The translations under genes and the position numbers were made by a program. 64,000 nt of DNA, from assembly GCA_965197805.1 (NCBI GenBank), contig OZ240229.1, positions 3,135,748 through 3,199,747 of the forward strand, in the 5' to 3' direction. This document shows positions 1 to 9,402 of the stretch, piece after piece; position 1 is the stretch's first letter, and each line of letters starts with the position of its first letter. The stretch comes from Dehalococcoidia bacterium. Its GTDB lineage: Bacteria; Chloroflexota; Dehalococcoidia; Lucifugimonadales; JAAXIE01. The notes under the pieces are model-generated. The model saw only the letters and a program-made list of their open reading frames with translations, had not been told where the DNA came from and searched no databases.

Positions 1-1046
1 CACTTGAAGTTGGGCACGTTATAGGGACCCAGCATGATGGAGGCAACGCCCGAGGTCACCAGTGCTCCGTGGGTGCGGACGTATGCGCCAATGCTACCCA
101 TGATGGTGGCGCGAAACCCAGTGATAGTGCCATCGCGCTTGGCGGCGATCTCAAGCTCGCAGGTGTGCTCCCGCGACTGATTGGCTGACACCAAGTGCTC
201 TCGCCTGTCTTCGATCCACTTGACCGGTCGACCCAGCTTCATGGAGGCGAAGGGAATCAGGAAGTCCTCGGGATAGAACTCTCCGGTAATACCGAAGCCA
301 CCGCCCACGTCGCCCTCGATGAAGTGGATGCGATGCTCCGCCATTTGGAGCAGGTTGGCCAAAACGCCACGGTTGAAGTGGGGCACCTTGGTCTCGCCCC
401 ATACCGTCATCTCGTCGCGGCCGGAGTCGTAGGAGGCCAGCAAGCCACGGGTTTCCATGGGATTCCCAGTGTGCCGATGGGAGACGAACACCTCCTTGCG
501 GGTGTACTCCGCCTCTTGGAAAGCAGCATCAGCATCGCCGAGGGCCATGGTGTAGTCAACGGCGGTGTTGGTGCCGTGCTGTTCGTGTAGCAGAACCTCG
601 TCCTTCATTGCGTCTTCCATCTCGACCACCACCGGCAGGGGCTCATAGCGAACGTCCATGGCGTCGGCCCCGTCCTCCGCGAGGTAGCGGCTGTCGGCCA
701 CGATTACGGCCACCGGCTCGCCTACATGGCGCACCTTGTGGTCAATGGCCAGCGGGTGTTGCAGGAAGCGCTCCAAACCCTCCATGGGGACAAGCCGCAT
801 GGGTATCGGCTGCGGCTCGACGCTATCGACGATGTCCTGAGCGGTGAACACGGCCACCACACCAGGAATCGCCAGCGCCCGGCTCGTATCGATGGAGGTT
901 ATGCGGGCGTGAGCGTGGGGACTACGCAGTATGGAAGCATGCAGTAGGTGTTGCTGTTTGAAGTCGTCGGTGTATGTGGCGCGCCCGGTGAGAAACCGGA
1001 CGTCCTCTTTGCGAGTCAATGGTGCGCCGATGTATGTTTGGGCCAT
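1..1046 (-). CDS. Xanthine dehydrogenase/CoxL-family molybdopterin-binding large subunit (partial, runs off window start)
   Basis: Manual translation from ATG 1046: MAQTYIGAPLTRKEDVRFLTGRATYTDD...ILRSPHAHARI; later GGGFG and KWIEDRRE motifs; GGAGG RBS upstream. Confidence 0.9.
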   Translation of the reverse strand, partial: MAQTYIGAPLTRKEDVRFLTGRATYTDDFKQQHLLHASILRSPHAHARITSIDTSRALAIPGVVAVFTAQDIVDSVEPQPIPMRLVPMEGLERFLQHPLAIDHKVRHVGEPVAVIVADSRYLAEDGADAMDVRYEPLPVVVEMEDAMKDEVLLHEQHGTNTAVDYTMALGDADAAFQEAEYTRKEVFVSHRHTGNPMETRGLLASYDSGRDEMTVWGETKVPHFNRGVLANLLQMAEHRIHFIEGDVGGGFGITGEFYPEDFLIPFASMKLGRPVKWIEDRREHLVSANQSREHTCELEIAAKRDGTITGFRATIMGSIGAYVRTHGALVTSGVASIMLGPYNVPNFK

Positions 1047-1188
1047 GAGTCCTCCGCGAGAGTTGTCTGTTAGGTGTCGCCGATAAATGGCGAATGTAGC
1101 TAGGGGTCACACTAAAGGCGGCGGGTTGCCTTGTCAACCAATCCAGCCAGCAGGTAGAGTGGGGTGCGAATACGCCCCGGGAGTTGGT

Positions 1189-1551
1189 ATGGGTACGTTC
1201 GCGGTAACTATCGGCGTCGGGCACATGATCTACGGGGACACGGTGGAAGTATTGGCGTTGGTCGATACAGGGGCTACCGATACCGTCCTTCCAGAGTCCT
1301 TGTTGGAACAGTTGCAGGTACAACCCGATAACAAGGTATTGTCGGTCCTCGGCAATGGTGACATAGAAGAGCTGGACGCTGGGCAGGTTCGAGTAGCCTA
1401 TAACGGCCTTGAAAGGGTCTGCCCAGTCGTCTTCGGTGCCGAAGGCATCCACCTGTTGGGAGCAACCACCCTGGAGATATTCAGGCTGATTGTCGACCCA
1501 GTGAACCAAGTCTTGGCGCCAGCCCCGCCGATGCGAGCCCGGCCCTTCTGA
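1189..1551 (+). CDS. Clan AA (retropepsin-like) aspartyl protease
   Basis: LVDTGA catalytic motif, LLGATTLE C-terminal motif; GGAG RBS before ATG 1189. Confidence 0.85.
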   Translation: MGTFAVTIGVGHMIYGDTVEVLALVDTGATDTVLPESLLEQLQVQPDNKVLSVLGNGDIEELDAGQVRVAYNGLERVCPVVFGAEGIHLLGATTLEIFRLIVDPVNQVLAPAPPMRARPF

Positions 1552-1786
1552 CCAAGGCTACCCCTTGCTCCTCGTCCGCGTCGCGCCTTCCCTAGACACC
1601 CCCCTATGCCATGCCTCCGTGCTGCCTTCTGTACAACCCCGTCATACCGGCGAAATCCCACATGCAACTGCTAGGCAGATTTTGCTGCGGACATGTCGCA
1701 CCTATCCCAACCTTATTCCTCGAGGGGCAAGAGGCCATCCAGGGGTCTCCTTCGGTCGCAATGGCAACGACTGAAGAAGAATGCGC

Positions 1787-3088
1787 CTAGGGGTACTCCA
1801 TTGTGATGTGCCCCTCAGCGGTCAGCGCATCATATTCTTCGCCTGAGTAGCCGAGGACCGTCTTGTAGACGTACTCGTTGTGCTCGCCTAGGCGCACGGG
1901 GCCACTGCGTATGTTGGGGTCGGTCTCCGACATGCGGAATGGGGCGCTGGGGTAGAGGTGGGTCCCGCAGTCCTGTTGGTAGGCTGGTTGGAAGAAGCCT
2001 CGGTCCTGCAGGTGAGGGTCTGCGTAGGCACCAGCTTGGTCTAGAATTGCGCCCGCAGGCACACCCGCTTCCTGTAGCAGATGCATCGCGGTCTCGGGGT
2101 CGTGCTGCCGCGCCCACTGGGCGATGTGCTCGTCCAGTGCGCCGTGATACTGGCGACGATCTTCGTGGGTGGCGAACTGAGGCTCGGCTGCCCACGAAGG
2201 GTGCCCAAGGACGCCACAGAAGGCCTGCCATTGCGCCTCGTCGAATATGCTGATGTTCACCCACTTGTCGTCGCCACGGCAGGGGTAGCAGCCCTGCAGG
2301 GCGTAGGGGTGACGATTACCCAGAGTCTCACCGACGCGCTCGTTCATGAAGTAGTCCATGAAATACTCGCCGAGATAAGGCAGGAAATTCTCCGACTGCG
2401 ATACCTCGATGTACTGGCCCTGACCGGTGCGGCGAGCATGGTGAAGAGCTGCCATGGCGGCGAAGGCGGCTGAGGCTCCGGCGGCAGCGTCTGCGGAGAA
2501 GATGGGGCTTAATGCCGAGGCATCCATGTCGGTGTAGCCACGTAGGGAGTTATGTCCGGCCACTCCCTCGTTGTTCACACCCAAAGCGCGGTAGTTCCTG
2601 TAGGGGCCTGTGGTGCCGAAGGCCGGCATGCTGATCATCACGATGCCGGGATTGGCCGTCGATACGTGGTCGTAGGTCAGTTGCAGCTTCTCCAGCGTCT
2701 CAGGGACGTTGTTCTCGATGAATACGTCGCTGGCCTGCAACAGCCTCTGGGCTATTTCCTGGCCTGATGGAAGAGTGAGGTCTACCGTCATGCCCAGCTT
2801 GTTACGGGCGTGGGCGTTGAACAGAGGCCAACGGTTCCACGGACGTTCCCCCACCAGCCGGTCCGGCATCGCGCCGCCCCAGCCTCCCAAGGCATCGATG
2901 TACCCTTGGGAGGGTCGCGGAGTGGGGCCGCGTGTGAGGTAGGGTGAGTAGTTGGGCGATTCCATACGAATGATCTCGGCACCCAAGTCGCTGAGCAGCG
3001 CCGTGGCATAGGGCCCAGCCCACACGACTGTGAGGGCTGCCACGCGCACACCCTGTAGCGGAAGAGGCCGAAGTGTTGGGGCACTCAA
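1787..3088 (-). CDS. Family III CoA-transferase (CaiB/BaiF), catalytic-Asp-bearing subunit
   Basis: WAGPYATALLSDLGAEII, NARNK-like motif, IFSADAAAG; TTG start overlaps stop of upstream paralogue. Confidence 0.9.
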   Translation of the reverse strand: MSAPTLRPLPLQGVRVAALTVVWAGPYATALLSDLGAEIIRMESPNYSPYLTRGPTPRPSQGYIDALGGWGGAMPDRLVGERPWNRWPLFNAHARNKLGMTVDLTLPSGQEIAQRLLQASDVFIENNVPETLEKLQLTYDHVSTANPGIVMISMPAFGTTGPYRNYRALGVNNEGVAGHNSLRGYTDMDASALSPIFSADAAAGASAAFAAMAALHHARRTGQGQYIEVSQSENFLPYLGEYFMDYFMNERVGETLGNRHPYALQGCYPCRGDDKWVNISIFDEAQWQAFCGVLGHPSWAAEPQFATHEDRRQYHGALDEHIAQWARQHDPETAMHLLQEAGVPAGAILDQAGAYADPHLQDRGFFQPAYQQDCGTHLYPSAPFRMSETDPNIRSGPVRLGEHNEYVYKTVLGYSGEEYDALTAEGHITMEYP

Positions 3089-4290
3089 ATTGCGCCCTCG
3101 CTGCGCAGACGCTCCATGTCTGCGGGGCTGTACCCCAAGCCGGACAACACCTCCCCGGTATGCTGGCCAAGCCGCGGAGCGGGCTTCTCCAGACGCCACG
3201 GCGTGCTGCCCATGATGAAGGGTCGGGCCAGCATCCTCACGGAGCTTCCGTCGACCAACGGCATTTCAGAGAAGCAACCTCGTTCCTCGAAGACCGTGTC
3301 TTGAGCCAAGTCCTCCACGTTGTTCAGGGGACCGCTCACCACACGATAGGATTGGGCAATCTGCCATATATCCTGCTTGGTGTGGTCCATGCACCATGCT
3401 AGGAAGTGGGCATCGAATTCATCGCGCAGGTCAGGGTCGGCAGGGCCGTCGGGACCGTGCCAGCGGGGGTCTTCCATGAAGTCGGGGTAATCCAGCATGG
3501 CCCGGAAGGACTGGAACCGTCCTACCGGCGAGGCGAAGTCGTAGTAGCCATCCTGGCAGGGATAGACGCCCTGTGGGTAGTGGGTCGTTCCGGCGACGGT
3601 GCGTTTGGTGTTGATGCCAGCGTAGGCGTAGCCCACAAGGGCGGGCATACGGCGGTCTTGGCTGCCAGCTTGGGTCTCCATGATGGAAACGTCCACATGC
3701 TGGCCTACGCCTTGGTAGCGGGCTCCGAAGAAGGCCCCCATCGTTGCCACGGCAGCGATGGCGCCTGCTTGGTAGAGGCCCACCTTGCCTCCCAGCTTCA
3801 GAGGCTCGCGGTCGGGCAGGCCCGTGCTGCACATTTCCCCGCCCATGCCGTAGAAGATAATCTCGGAGCCTTTGTAGTCGCGGTACGGCCCCGACTGCCC
3901 GAAATTGGAGATGGAGGTCAGCACGACATTGGGGTTGGCAGCCTTGAGGGACGCATAGCCCAAGCCAAGGGAGTCCATGACGCCGGGGCGAAAGTTCTCC
4001 ACCACGAGGTCCACTTGTTGAGCCAGGGTCAGGGCAATGTCACGACCTTGGGGATGTTTCAGGTTGAGTGCAATCCCACGCTTGTTGGTGTTGAGGTGGA
4101 GGAAGAGGCCGCTCTTCTCCGGATCGGGTCGGTCTTGGGAGAAGGGGCCGAGGCGTCGCGATGCCTCGCCCTGCAAGGGCTCCACCTTGATGACGTCGGC
4201 CCCGTAGTCAGCCAGCAGCTTGGTGCAATAAGGGCCCGCGGTGTAGTGGGTGAAGTCCAACACCCTCACGTCGCCCAAGGCGGTCTCCAT
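3085..4290 (-). CDS. Family III CoA-transferase (CaiB/BaiF), subunit lacking the catalytic Asp
   Basis: AGPYCTKLLADYGADVIKVE, LNTNKRGI, ENFRPG, APRLGQHT. Confidence 0.92.
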   Translation of the reverse strand: METALGDVRVLDFTHYTAGPYCTKLLADYGADVIKVEPLQGEASRRLGPFSQDRPDPEKSGLFLHLNTNKRGIALNLKHPQGRDIALTLAQQVDLVVENFRPGVMDSLGLGYASLKAANPNVVLTSISNFGQSGPYRDYKGSEIIFYGMGGEMCSTGLPDREPLKLGGKVGLYQAGAIAAVATMGAFFGARYQGVGQHVDVSIMETQAGSQDRRMPALVGYAYAGINTKRTVAGTTHYPQGVYPCQDGYYDFASPVGRFQSFRAMLDYPDFMEDPRWHGPDGPADPDLRDEFDAHFLAWCMDHTKQDIWQIAQSYRVVSGPLNNVEDLAQDTVFEERGCFSEMPLVDGSSVRMLARPFIMGSTPWRLEKPAPRLGQHTGEVLSGLGYSPADMERLRSEGAI

Positions 4291-4298
4291 GGCAGGAC

Positions 4299-4715
4299 CT
4301 ACCGGATCATGCCGTATACGTGCTCTGGGCGCACCACGACCACCGCGCGACGCTCATCTCGCATCACGCGGTCATACTCCTCATAGTCGGGGTGGTCGCC
4401 GCCACAGGCTTGGAAGCATTCGCGTAGCATGACCCGAAGTTCCTCGTGGTCGGTGTTGTCCCAACCGTGTATCTCAGCATCGCCCTCGACCACGACATAG
4501 CTGGACCAGTTGGGGTTTAGAGTAAGGACGGTGCAGCGGGGATTGCGCTTGAGGTTGGCGATCTTGGCGGTGCTGCCCCGGGCCACGAATGCTGCGCCTC
4601 CACGATAGGGCCCGCTAGATAAGATGCTCATCTGGCCTGCGCCGTTCTTTTTGGTGGTGGTCACCACCCCACGGTGGAAGGTCTGCATGAAGCGTGCTGC
4701 TTCTTCAAAGTCCAT
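4299..4715 (-). CDS. PPOX-class (pyridoxamine 5'-phosphate oxidase-like) F420-dependent oxidoreductase
   Basis: KIANLKRNPRCTV, YVVVEG, ERRAVVVVRP motifs; 138 aa. Confidence 0.85.
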   Translation of the reverse strand: MDFEEAARFMQTFHRGVVTTTKKNGAGQMSILSSGPYRGGAAFVARGSTAKIANLKRNPRCTVLTLNPNWSSYVVVEGDAEIHGWDNTDHEELRVMLRECFQACGGDHPDYEEYDRVMRDERRAVVVVRPEHVYGMIR

Positions 4716-4870
4716 GGCTCTCCTTATGTCCGAGTGTCCGGCAAAGACGATGATGCGGGGTATGCCGGCTTATGTGTCACGGAGGGAGGGACGGATTTTC
4801 AACCTCTGCCACCCCCCTGAGGGGAAGGACGTATGCAACGCTTTCCTTGGGGCAGGAAGGGGGTTAGCGA

Positions 4871-5857
4871 CTACATGAAGTGGGGTATCACTTCTTCTAC
4901 CACACGCTTGAACTGGCCCTTCTGGTCCCAGGAGGGGAGGCGCAGGGTGATGTCGGTGGCCCCTAGGTCGACGAATCCTTGGATGCGGTCGATGCACTGC
5001 TGCGGGCTGCCCAGCGCCACCCAGTTCTCAATCTGGGCAGGGGTGTAGTCGGTGGTGTAATAGAGGTCGAGGTACTTCTTGGACTCGTTGAAGGCCGCTT
5101 CCCGGTCTTCGTTCACGTTGATGTTGAAGTAGAGGACGCAGGGCAGGTCTTCGAAGGAGCGTCCGAACTCACCAGCGTAGGAGCAGATGCGGTTCCTTAC
5201 CTCGCCGAACTCCTCCTCGGAGGTGAAGGTGGTCATCCAGCCGTCGGCCATCTTGGCGACACGCTTCAGGGCCCGCTCGATGATGTGGGGTTTGCCGGTG
5301 CGCAGGCGTGGGTTGCTGACAATCCAGATGGGCGGAGGCTGCTGCACCGGCTTGGGCTGAATGAAAGCGCCTTCCAGATGGTGGAACTCGCCGTCAAAGT
5401 CGACGCTCTCTTCACTCCAGAGACGGCGCAGTATCTCGATGCTCTCCTCCATGCGTCGCGACCGATCGAGGGCCTTCATGCCCATGTTGCGGTACTCGAT
5501 ACGATGGTCCTGCTGGTCGAGGCTGCCTCCCATACAGGCGGCCATGATCATGCGTCCTTCGGATATCAGGTCGAGGCTGGCCCACTGGTGGGCCATCACG
5601 ATGGGATTGCGGGAGGGGAATGTGGCCATGCAGGCAGGGCCAATGCGAACTTTTTTGGTGCGGGCTGCGATGGCCCCCATAAGCGTCATGGCCTCCAAGC
5701 GTGGCTTGGCCATAATGGAGTCGCCCACCCACACGTGCTCGAAAACCTCAGCAGCTTCGGCAGCCTCAGCCATGTTCAGAAGCTCGCTGGGCTGGGTCAG
5801 CCCCAGCAACACCCCGCGATTGGAAAGGGTCAACCCGAACCGGACTTTCTGCGTCAT
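4871..5857 (-). CDS. Luciferase-like (LLM) flavin-dependent oxidoreductase
   Basis: VWVGDS, AIAARTKKVRIG, RNPIVMA..WASLDLISEGR, PKPVQQP. Confidence 0.92.
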   Translation of the reverse strand: MTQKVRFGLTLSNRGVLLGLTQPSELLNMAEAAEAAEVFEHVWVGDSIMAKPRLEAMTLMGAIAARTKKVRIGPACMATFPSRNPIVMAHQWASLDLISEGRMIMAACMGGSLDQQDHRIEYRNMGMKALDRSRRMEESIEILRRLWSEESVDFDGEFHHLEGAFIQPKPVQQPPPIWIVSNPRLRTGKPHIIERALKRVAKMADGWMTTFTSEEEFGEVRNRICSYAGEFGRSFEDLPCVLYFNINVNEDREAAFNESKKYLDLYYTTDYTPAQIENWVALGSPQQCIDRIQGFVDLGATDITLRLPSWDQKGQFKRVVEEVIPHFM

Positions 5858-6011
5858 GATCACCTCGCAACCAGCTGTTGGCTACCCCCGTCCGAGGGTG
5901 TGCGTCCACGGTTGACCAATGTTATCACATCAGCAGATTATTCCACTCTAGGCCACATGTAAGCCACATGTTATCGTGGGCAGCCTGCTGAATGAGGCCA
6001 GATGTGAAACG

Positions 6012-6075
6012 AGCCGCTTTTATAGCGTTGGATGCGGCATCGGTTGTATCTGGCGTTGAAGTCTTTATAGCTGTA
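6012..6075 (-). repeat. Dispersed intergenic repeat, copy A (CAGCTA-N15-CAGATAC family)
   Basis: Reverse complement cagctataaagacttcaacgccagatacaacc...catcca aligns with 21029-21080, with the same 21-nt spacing between motifs. Confidence 0.5.
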
Positions 6076-6353
6076 CCCCGCCGCGTTTGCCGCGTGGTTG
6101 CTCCGAGTCCAGCTTGACTCAGATAGACCGTTCCCTGCCGCAACCCGCCGCTTGTGGGCACGCCACTGGCTTCAAACCCATCGGTACATTGCGTCGTTTC
6201 CGTTTTGGCGGCTTCCAAGCTAGAACGCAGACTGGAACAGGAGCTATCTCTGCAATCTATATGTTGCAAGAGTCCCTGCGAAAATATGGGACTTGGGTGA
6301 CCTGTTGGAGTCGGGGTCCAGTACACGGGATGAGAATAGCACAAATGTACGGT

Positions 6354-7124
6354 TTAATCAAATGAGAATATCCCGATTCCACCCTCCTGCAGGAAGGCCT
6401 TGAGCATAGCTTGGGTCTGGCGCTGGTAGACAGGCCAGTAGGTGCGGAACTCCCGCAGGTGCCTGTCAGCTTCGTCCTCGGCATTGAACCGCCCTCCCAT
6501 GAGGCGGTAGTCGTCCATCATTTCGCGGTTCCAGACCTGCAGCTCTTCGGGGGTGAGTTGGGGCTCGAACTGAAAGCCATAGCTGGTGCCATGGCGGTAG
6601 GCCATGGAGATGCGACGGTAGCCACCGTCCCGTAGCAGAATATCGCCCTCGGCTAGGCCCGTGCCCCCCGGCGGAACTGCAAAACAGTCGCCGTGGCAGG
6701 TGGGGACGAGCGGGACTTCCAGATTCCTAAAGACCGGGTCTTGGCCGCCTGTCGCGTTTATGTGTATCTTCCGCAGCCCGAACTGGTACCCGCCGGTAGC
6801 CTCCACAACACCGCCCAAAGTCTTGGACAGGAGTTGAGCGCCGAGGCAGACGGCGAAAATGGGGACGCCAGCGCCATGGGCCTCCGCCAGAAAGCGTTCC
6901 TCGGCCCGCAGGGCTGGATAGGGGTCGTTGGCCGAAGCTGGCCCGCCCAGCAGTATTAGGAGCTCAACCTCCCTGGGCGACGGGAGGGGTGGCTGGGCAT
7001 CATGCAGTGCTTCGCCGTATAGCCCTAGCCCGCGAAAGCTGAAGCCTGCTTCTCGCAGGACCGCGCCGAAACTGCTCCCCAGCGTCTCGATGGGGGAGTG
7101 TTGGACGACCAGTGCGCGCTTCAA
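6354..7124 (-). CDS. Type 1 glutamine amidotransferase-like protein (non-canonical triad)
   Basis: LGGP, VCLGAQLL nucleophile elbow; QFEPQ where QFHPE is expected. Confidence 0.85.
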   Translation of the reverse strand: MKRALVVQHSPIETLGSSFGAVLREAGFSFRGLGLYGEALHDAQPPLPSPREVELLILLGGPASANDPYPALRAEERFLAEAHGAGVPIFAVCLGAQLLSKTLGGVVEATGGYQFGLRKIHINATGGQDPVFRNLEVPLVPTCHGDCFAVPPGGTGLAEGDILLRDGGYRRISMAYRHGTSYGFQFEPQLTPEELQVWNREMMDDYRLMGGRFNAEDEADRHLREFRTYWPVYQRQTQAMLKAFLQEGGIGIFSFD

Positions 7125-7254
7125 GGTCGTAGCCTCGCCTTTCGCCTCGCCCTCAGACGTCCCCGCACAAGGGAAGTCGCCTCCCCGTCAGCGGTGGGTT
7201 GGGACGGAGATGGGAGGGCTTCAACACAAGCGGCCTCCCAGCATGCATAGTCCA

Positions 7255-7282
7255 CTGGATACCGGCTTTCGCCGGTATGACG
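7255..7282. repeat. REP-like palindrome (type A)
   Basis: ctggATACCGGC-tttc-GCCGGTATgacg; identical 16-bp half copy at 1640-1655; degenerate relative near 55229-55256. Confidence 0.7.
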
Positions 7283-7313
7283 ATGGTTGGGTTCTCCCCC
7301 ATTTCTGGTCCTT

Positions 7314-8423
7314 CTACTCTTGGAAGATGGCTTCCGGGAGGAAGGCGGAGACCACGAAGTTGGGGGTGTCCACGAGGTTGCTGATTTTCAGGTCGACGGC
7401 CACGCTGCAGATGATGTACGCCTGCTGGCGCGTGAAGCCGCGCTCTTGGAGTACGTCGATCATCTGGGCGAGGGCGTTGTGGGCGGCTAGGTTCAGGTCG
7501 CCGCTCTCGTTGGTGCCGTCGTCCCGTATGGGCATGCCCATGGTTGCGGTGAACTGCTGGGGGACGGCCCACACCGGGTTGAGGAAGTAGTCGCTGTGAC
7601 TGAAGCGGGGGAAGCGGATGTTGCGTTCAGCAGCGACGCCCTCGTGCACCTTGAAGCGGACGGCAACAGTTGCGCCCATCTCAATGGCGGTGATGCAAGC
7701 CTCGCCGTCGCCTTGGGCGAAGTGACCGTCGCCCGCGGAGTAGAGACCGCCCTCCACTGCCACTGGGACGAACAGCTTGGACCGCTTCGTCAACTGCTTG
7801 ACGTCGGCGTTGCCACAATTCTCGCGGGGAGGCTGGGTGCGCAGTCCCTCGGTAGCGGCCAGACCTGTGCCGGGCACCGCACCGTCGGGGTTGGGCAGAG
7901 AAGCCTCGCCGCCACGGGCTACCAAGTCTGCCTCTCGCTGGTTCCACTGGCGCACCTGTTCCTCTGAAGGGGCGAGGCCAGCAGTCCCCATGAACGGACC
8001 GCCGGGGATGCGTACCCCGGGCACTTGGGGCGAGGTTGCCCAGCCATCTTTGATCTCCCAGTGGGCAAGGAAGGTCTCCTCGAACAGATCTCTGAGATAG
8101 CCCCTGCCCGGCGTGAACCGGGTGAAGCCATACGCCTGGGGCAGAATATCGAGGTACTCAATCTCCAGCAGATCGCCGGGCTTGGCCCCCTTGACGTAGA
8201 CCGGACCGGTAAGCGGATGCACCGCACCACGGTCCATAGTGGCCATGTCCTCGATGGTGCTGGCCCAAGTGGTCTGCCCGTCGGAGGCATCCCGGGTTTC
8301 CAGGACAACCTCCTCGCCTTCCTCAACCTCCACCACCGGGGTGAGGTCGTAGTGCCAGCGGTTGTGCCCCTTGTGGGGCTCCTCTTTGAGTCTCTTGGAG
8401 CGGTCAATCTCGATGCTCTGCAT
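7314..8423 (-). CDS. Acetamidase/formamidase family protein
   Basis: GHNRWH, HPLTGPVYVKGAKPGDLL, PRENCGNAD, GDGHFAQGDGE; AAGGAGG RBS before ATG 8423. Confidence 0.93.
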   Translation of the reverse strand: MQSIEIDRSKRLKEEPHKGHNRWHYDLTPVVEVEEGEEVVLETRDASDGQTTWASTIEDMATMDRGAVHPLTGPVYVKGAKPGDLLEIEYLDILPQAYGFTRFTPGRGYLRDLFEETFLAHWEIKDGWATSPQVPGVRIPGGPFMGTAGLAPSEEQVRQWNQREADLVARGGEASLPNPDGAVPGTGLAATEGLRTQPPRENCGNADVKQLTKRSKLFVPVAVEGGLYSAGDGHFAQGDGEACITAIEMGATVAVRFKVHEGVAAERNIRFPRFSHSDYFLNPVWAVPQQFTATMGMPIRDDGTNESGDLNLAAHNALAQMIDVLQERGFTRQQAYIICSVAVDLKISNLVDTPNFVVSAFLPEAIFQE

Positions 8424-8568
8424 GATCGCCTCCTTGTCAGTGGAAGGCAAATTATATCCTATCCCGCGGAATACTATGTGGAGACCACAGTGACTGTGTC
8501 GGAAGTAGGGCACTGGGGGGGAGATTGTGTTAACTGTTTGGTCGAGATACTATTAAGTCACGTTGACC

Positions 8569-8590
8569 AATTGGACCAATTGGTCCAATT
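8569..8590. promoter_or_regulatory. Perfect 22-bp palindrome, putative TA autorepression operator
   Basis: AATTGGACCAATTGGTCCAATT is its own reverse complement; lies about 26 bp upstream of the antitoxin start. Confidence 0.7.
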
Positions 8591-8616
8591 AGTCGGCGGA
8601 GTTGGAGGTGTGACCA

Positions 8617-8919
8617 ATGACCAAGAGAGTGAGCGCAGCACAGGCCAAGGCGCAACTTTCGGCGTTGTCAGCGGAGGTGGCCCATGGAGGTCAGCCCGTG
8701 GTGATTGAACGCCGTGGTAAGCCATTGGTGGCGTTGGTCAGCATGGCGGACTTGGAGTTCTTGGGACAAGACCGCACCACTTCAGCACGGCCCCAAGGAG
8801 CCCTTGCCCTAGTTGGGGCTTGGCGAGAAGTGCACGATGAGGAATTGGAATCCCTGATTAAGAATATCTATGCCTGCCGGGAGAACGACGCAGGGCGCCC
8901 GGTAGAACTTGAAGTCTGA
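8617..8919 (+). CDS. Phd/YefM-family antitoxin
   Basis: VSAAQAKAQLSAL...PVVIERRGKPLVALVS; GGAGG RBS; TGATG coupling to toxin. Confidence 0.9.
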   Translation: MTKRVSAAQAKAQLSALSAEVAHGGQPVVIERRGKPLVALVSMADLEFLGQDRTTSARPQGALALVGAWREVHDEELESLIKNIYACRENDAGRPVELEV

Positions 8920-9329
8920 TGTACCTTCTCGACACCGATATCCTGAGCAACCTTCTGAAAAGGGCTCCGTCTACAACCTTGATTGCCAAGCTGGCGTCAG
9001 TACCGCCGGAACTCCAGTTTACATCCAGCATCACTCTAGGGGAGTTGATGTACGGCGCCTACAAGCTGCGAACAGGCTCAGAACTCCTCCTTGAACGGCT
9101 ACACGGGAGGCTCCTGCCAAATCTCCCGGTGCTTCCCTTTGACGAGGCTGCTGCACGCCGATACGGCGAGGTGAGAGCCGAGCTGGAACGCCAAGGCACG
9201 CCGCTAGGGGATGCCGACCTCCGGATCGGTGCTATAGCACTGGCACGCGGTCTTACGGTAGTCACAGGAAACGTCCGGCACTTCCGGAGAATCCCCCAGC
9301 TACCGATAGAGAATTGGCTGCAAGAGTGA
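8919..9329 (+). CDS. vapC: VapC PIN-domain toxin
   Basis: YLLDTDIL, ITLGEL, DLRIGAIAL, VTGNVRHF. Confidence 0.93.
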   Translation: MYLLDTDILSNLLKRAPSTTLIAKLASVPPELQFTSSITLGELMYGAYKLRTGSELLLERLHGRLLPNLPVLPFDEAAARRYGEVRAELERQGTPLGDADLRIGAIALARGLTVVTGNVRHFRRIPQLPIENWLQE

Positions 9330-9402
9330 CGTTCACCTTGGGACCGACAGGGTAGTTGTGAGCTGGTTCCCTCTCTCCATTAGCTAGGCGATTAGGCAGT
9401 GC

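Noticed and set aside
1-1046. True aerobic CO dehydrogenase (form I CoxL)
   Set aside because: The diagnostic AYxCSFR loop is outside the window and no coxM/coxS is adjacent upstream; only a family-level call is possible.
5911-5920. GTTGACCAAT shared with the TA operator region
   Set aside because: A single 10-bp half-site, compatible with chance.
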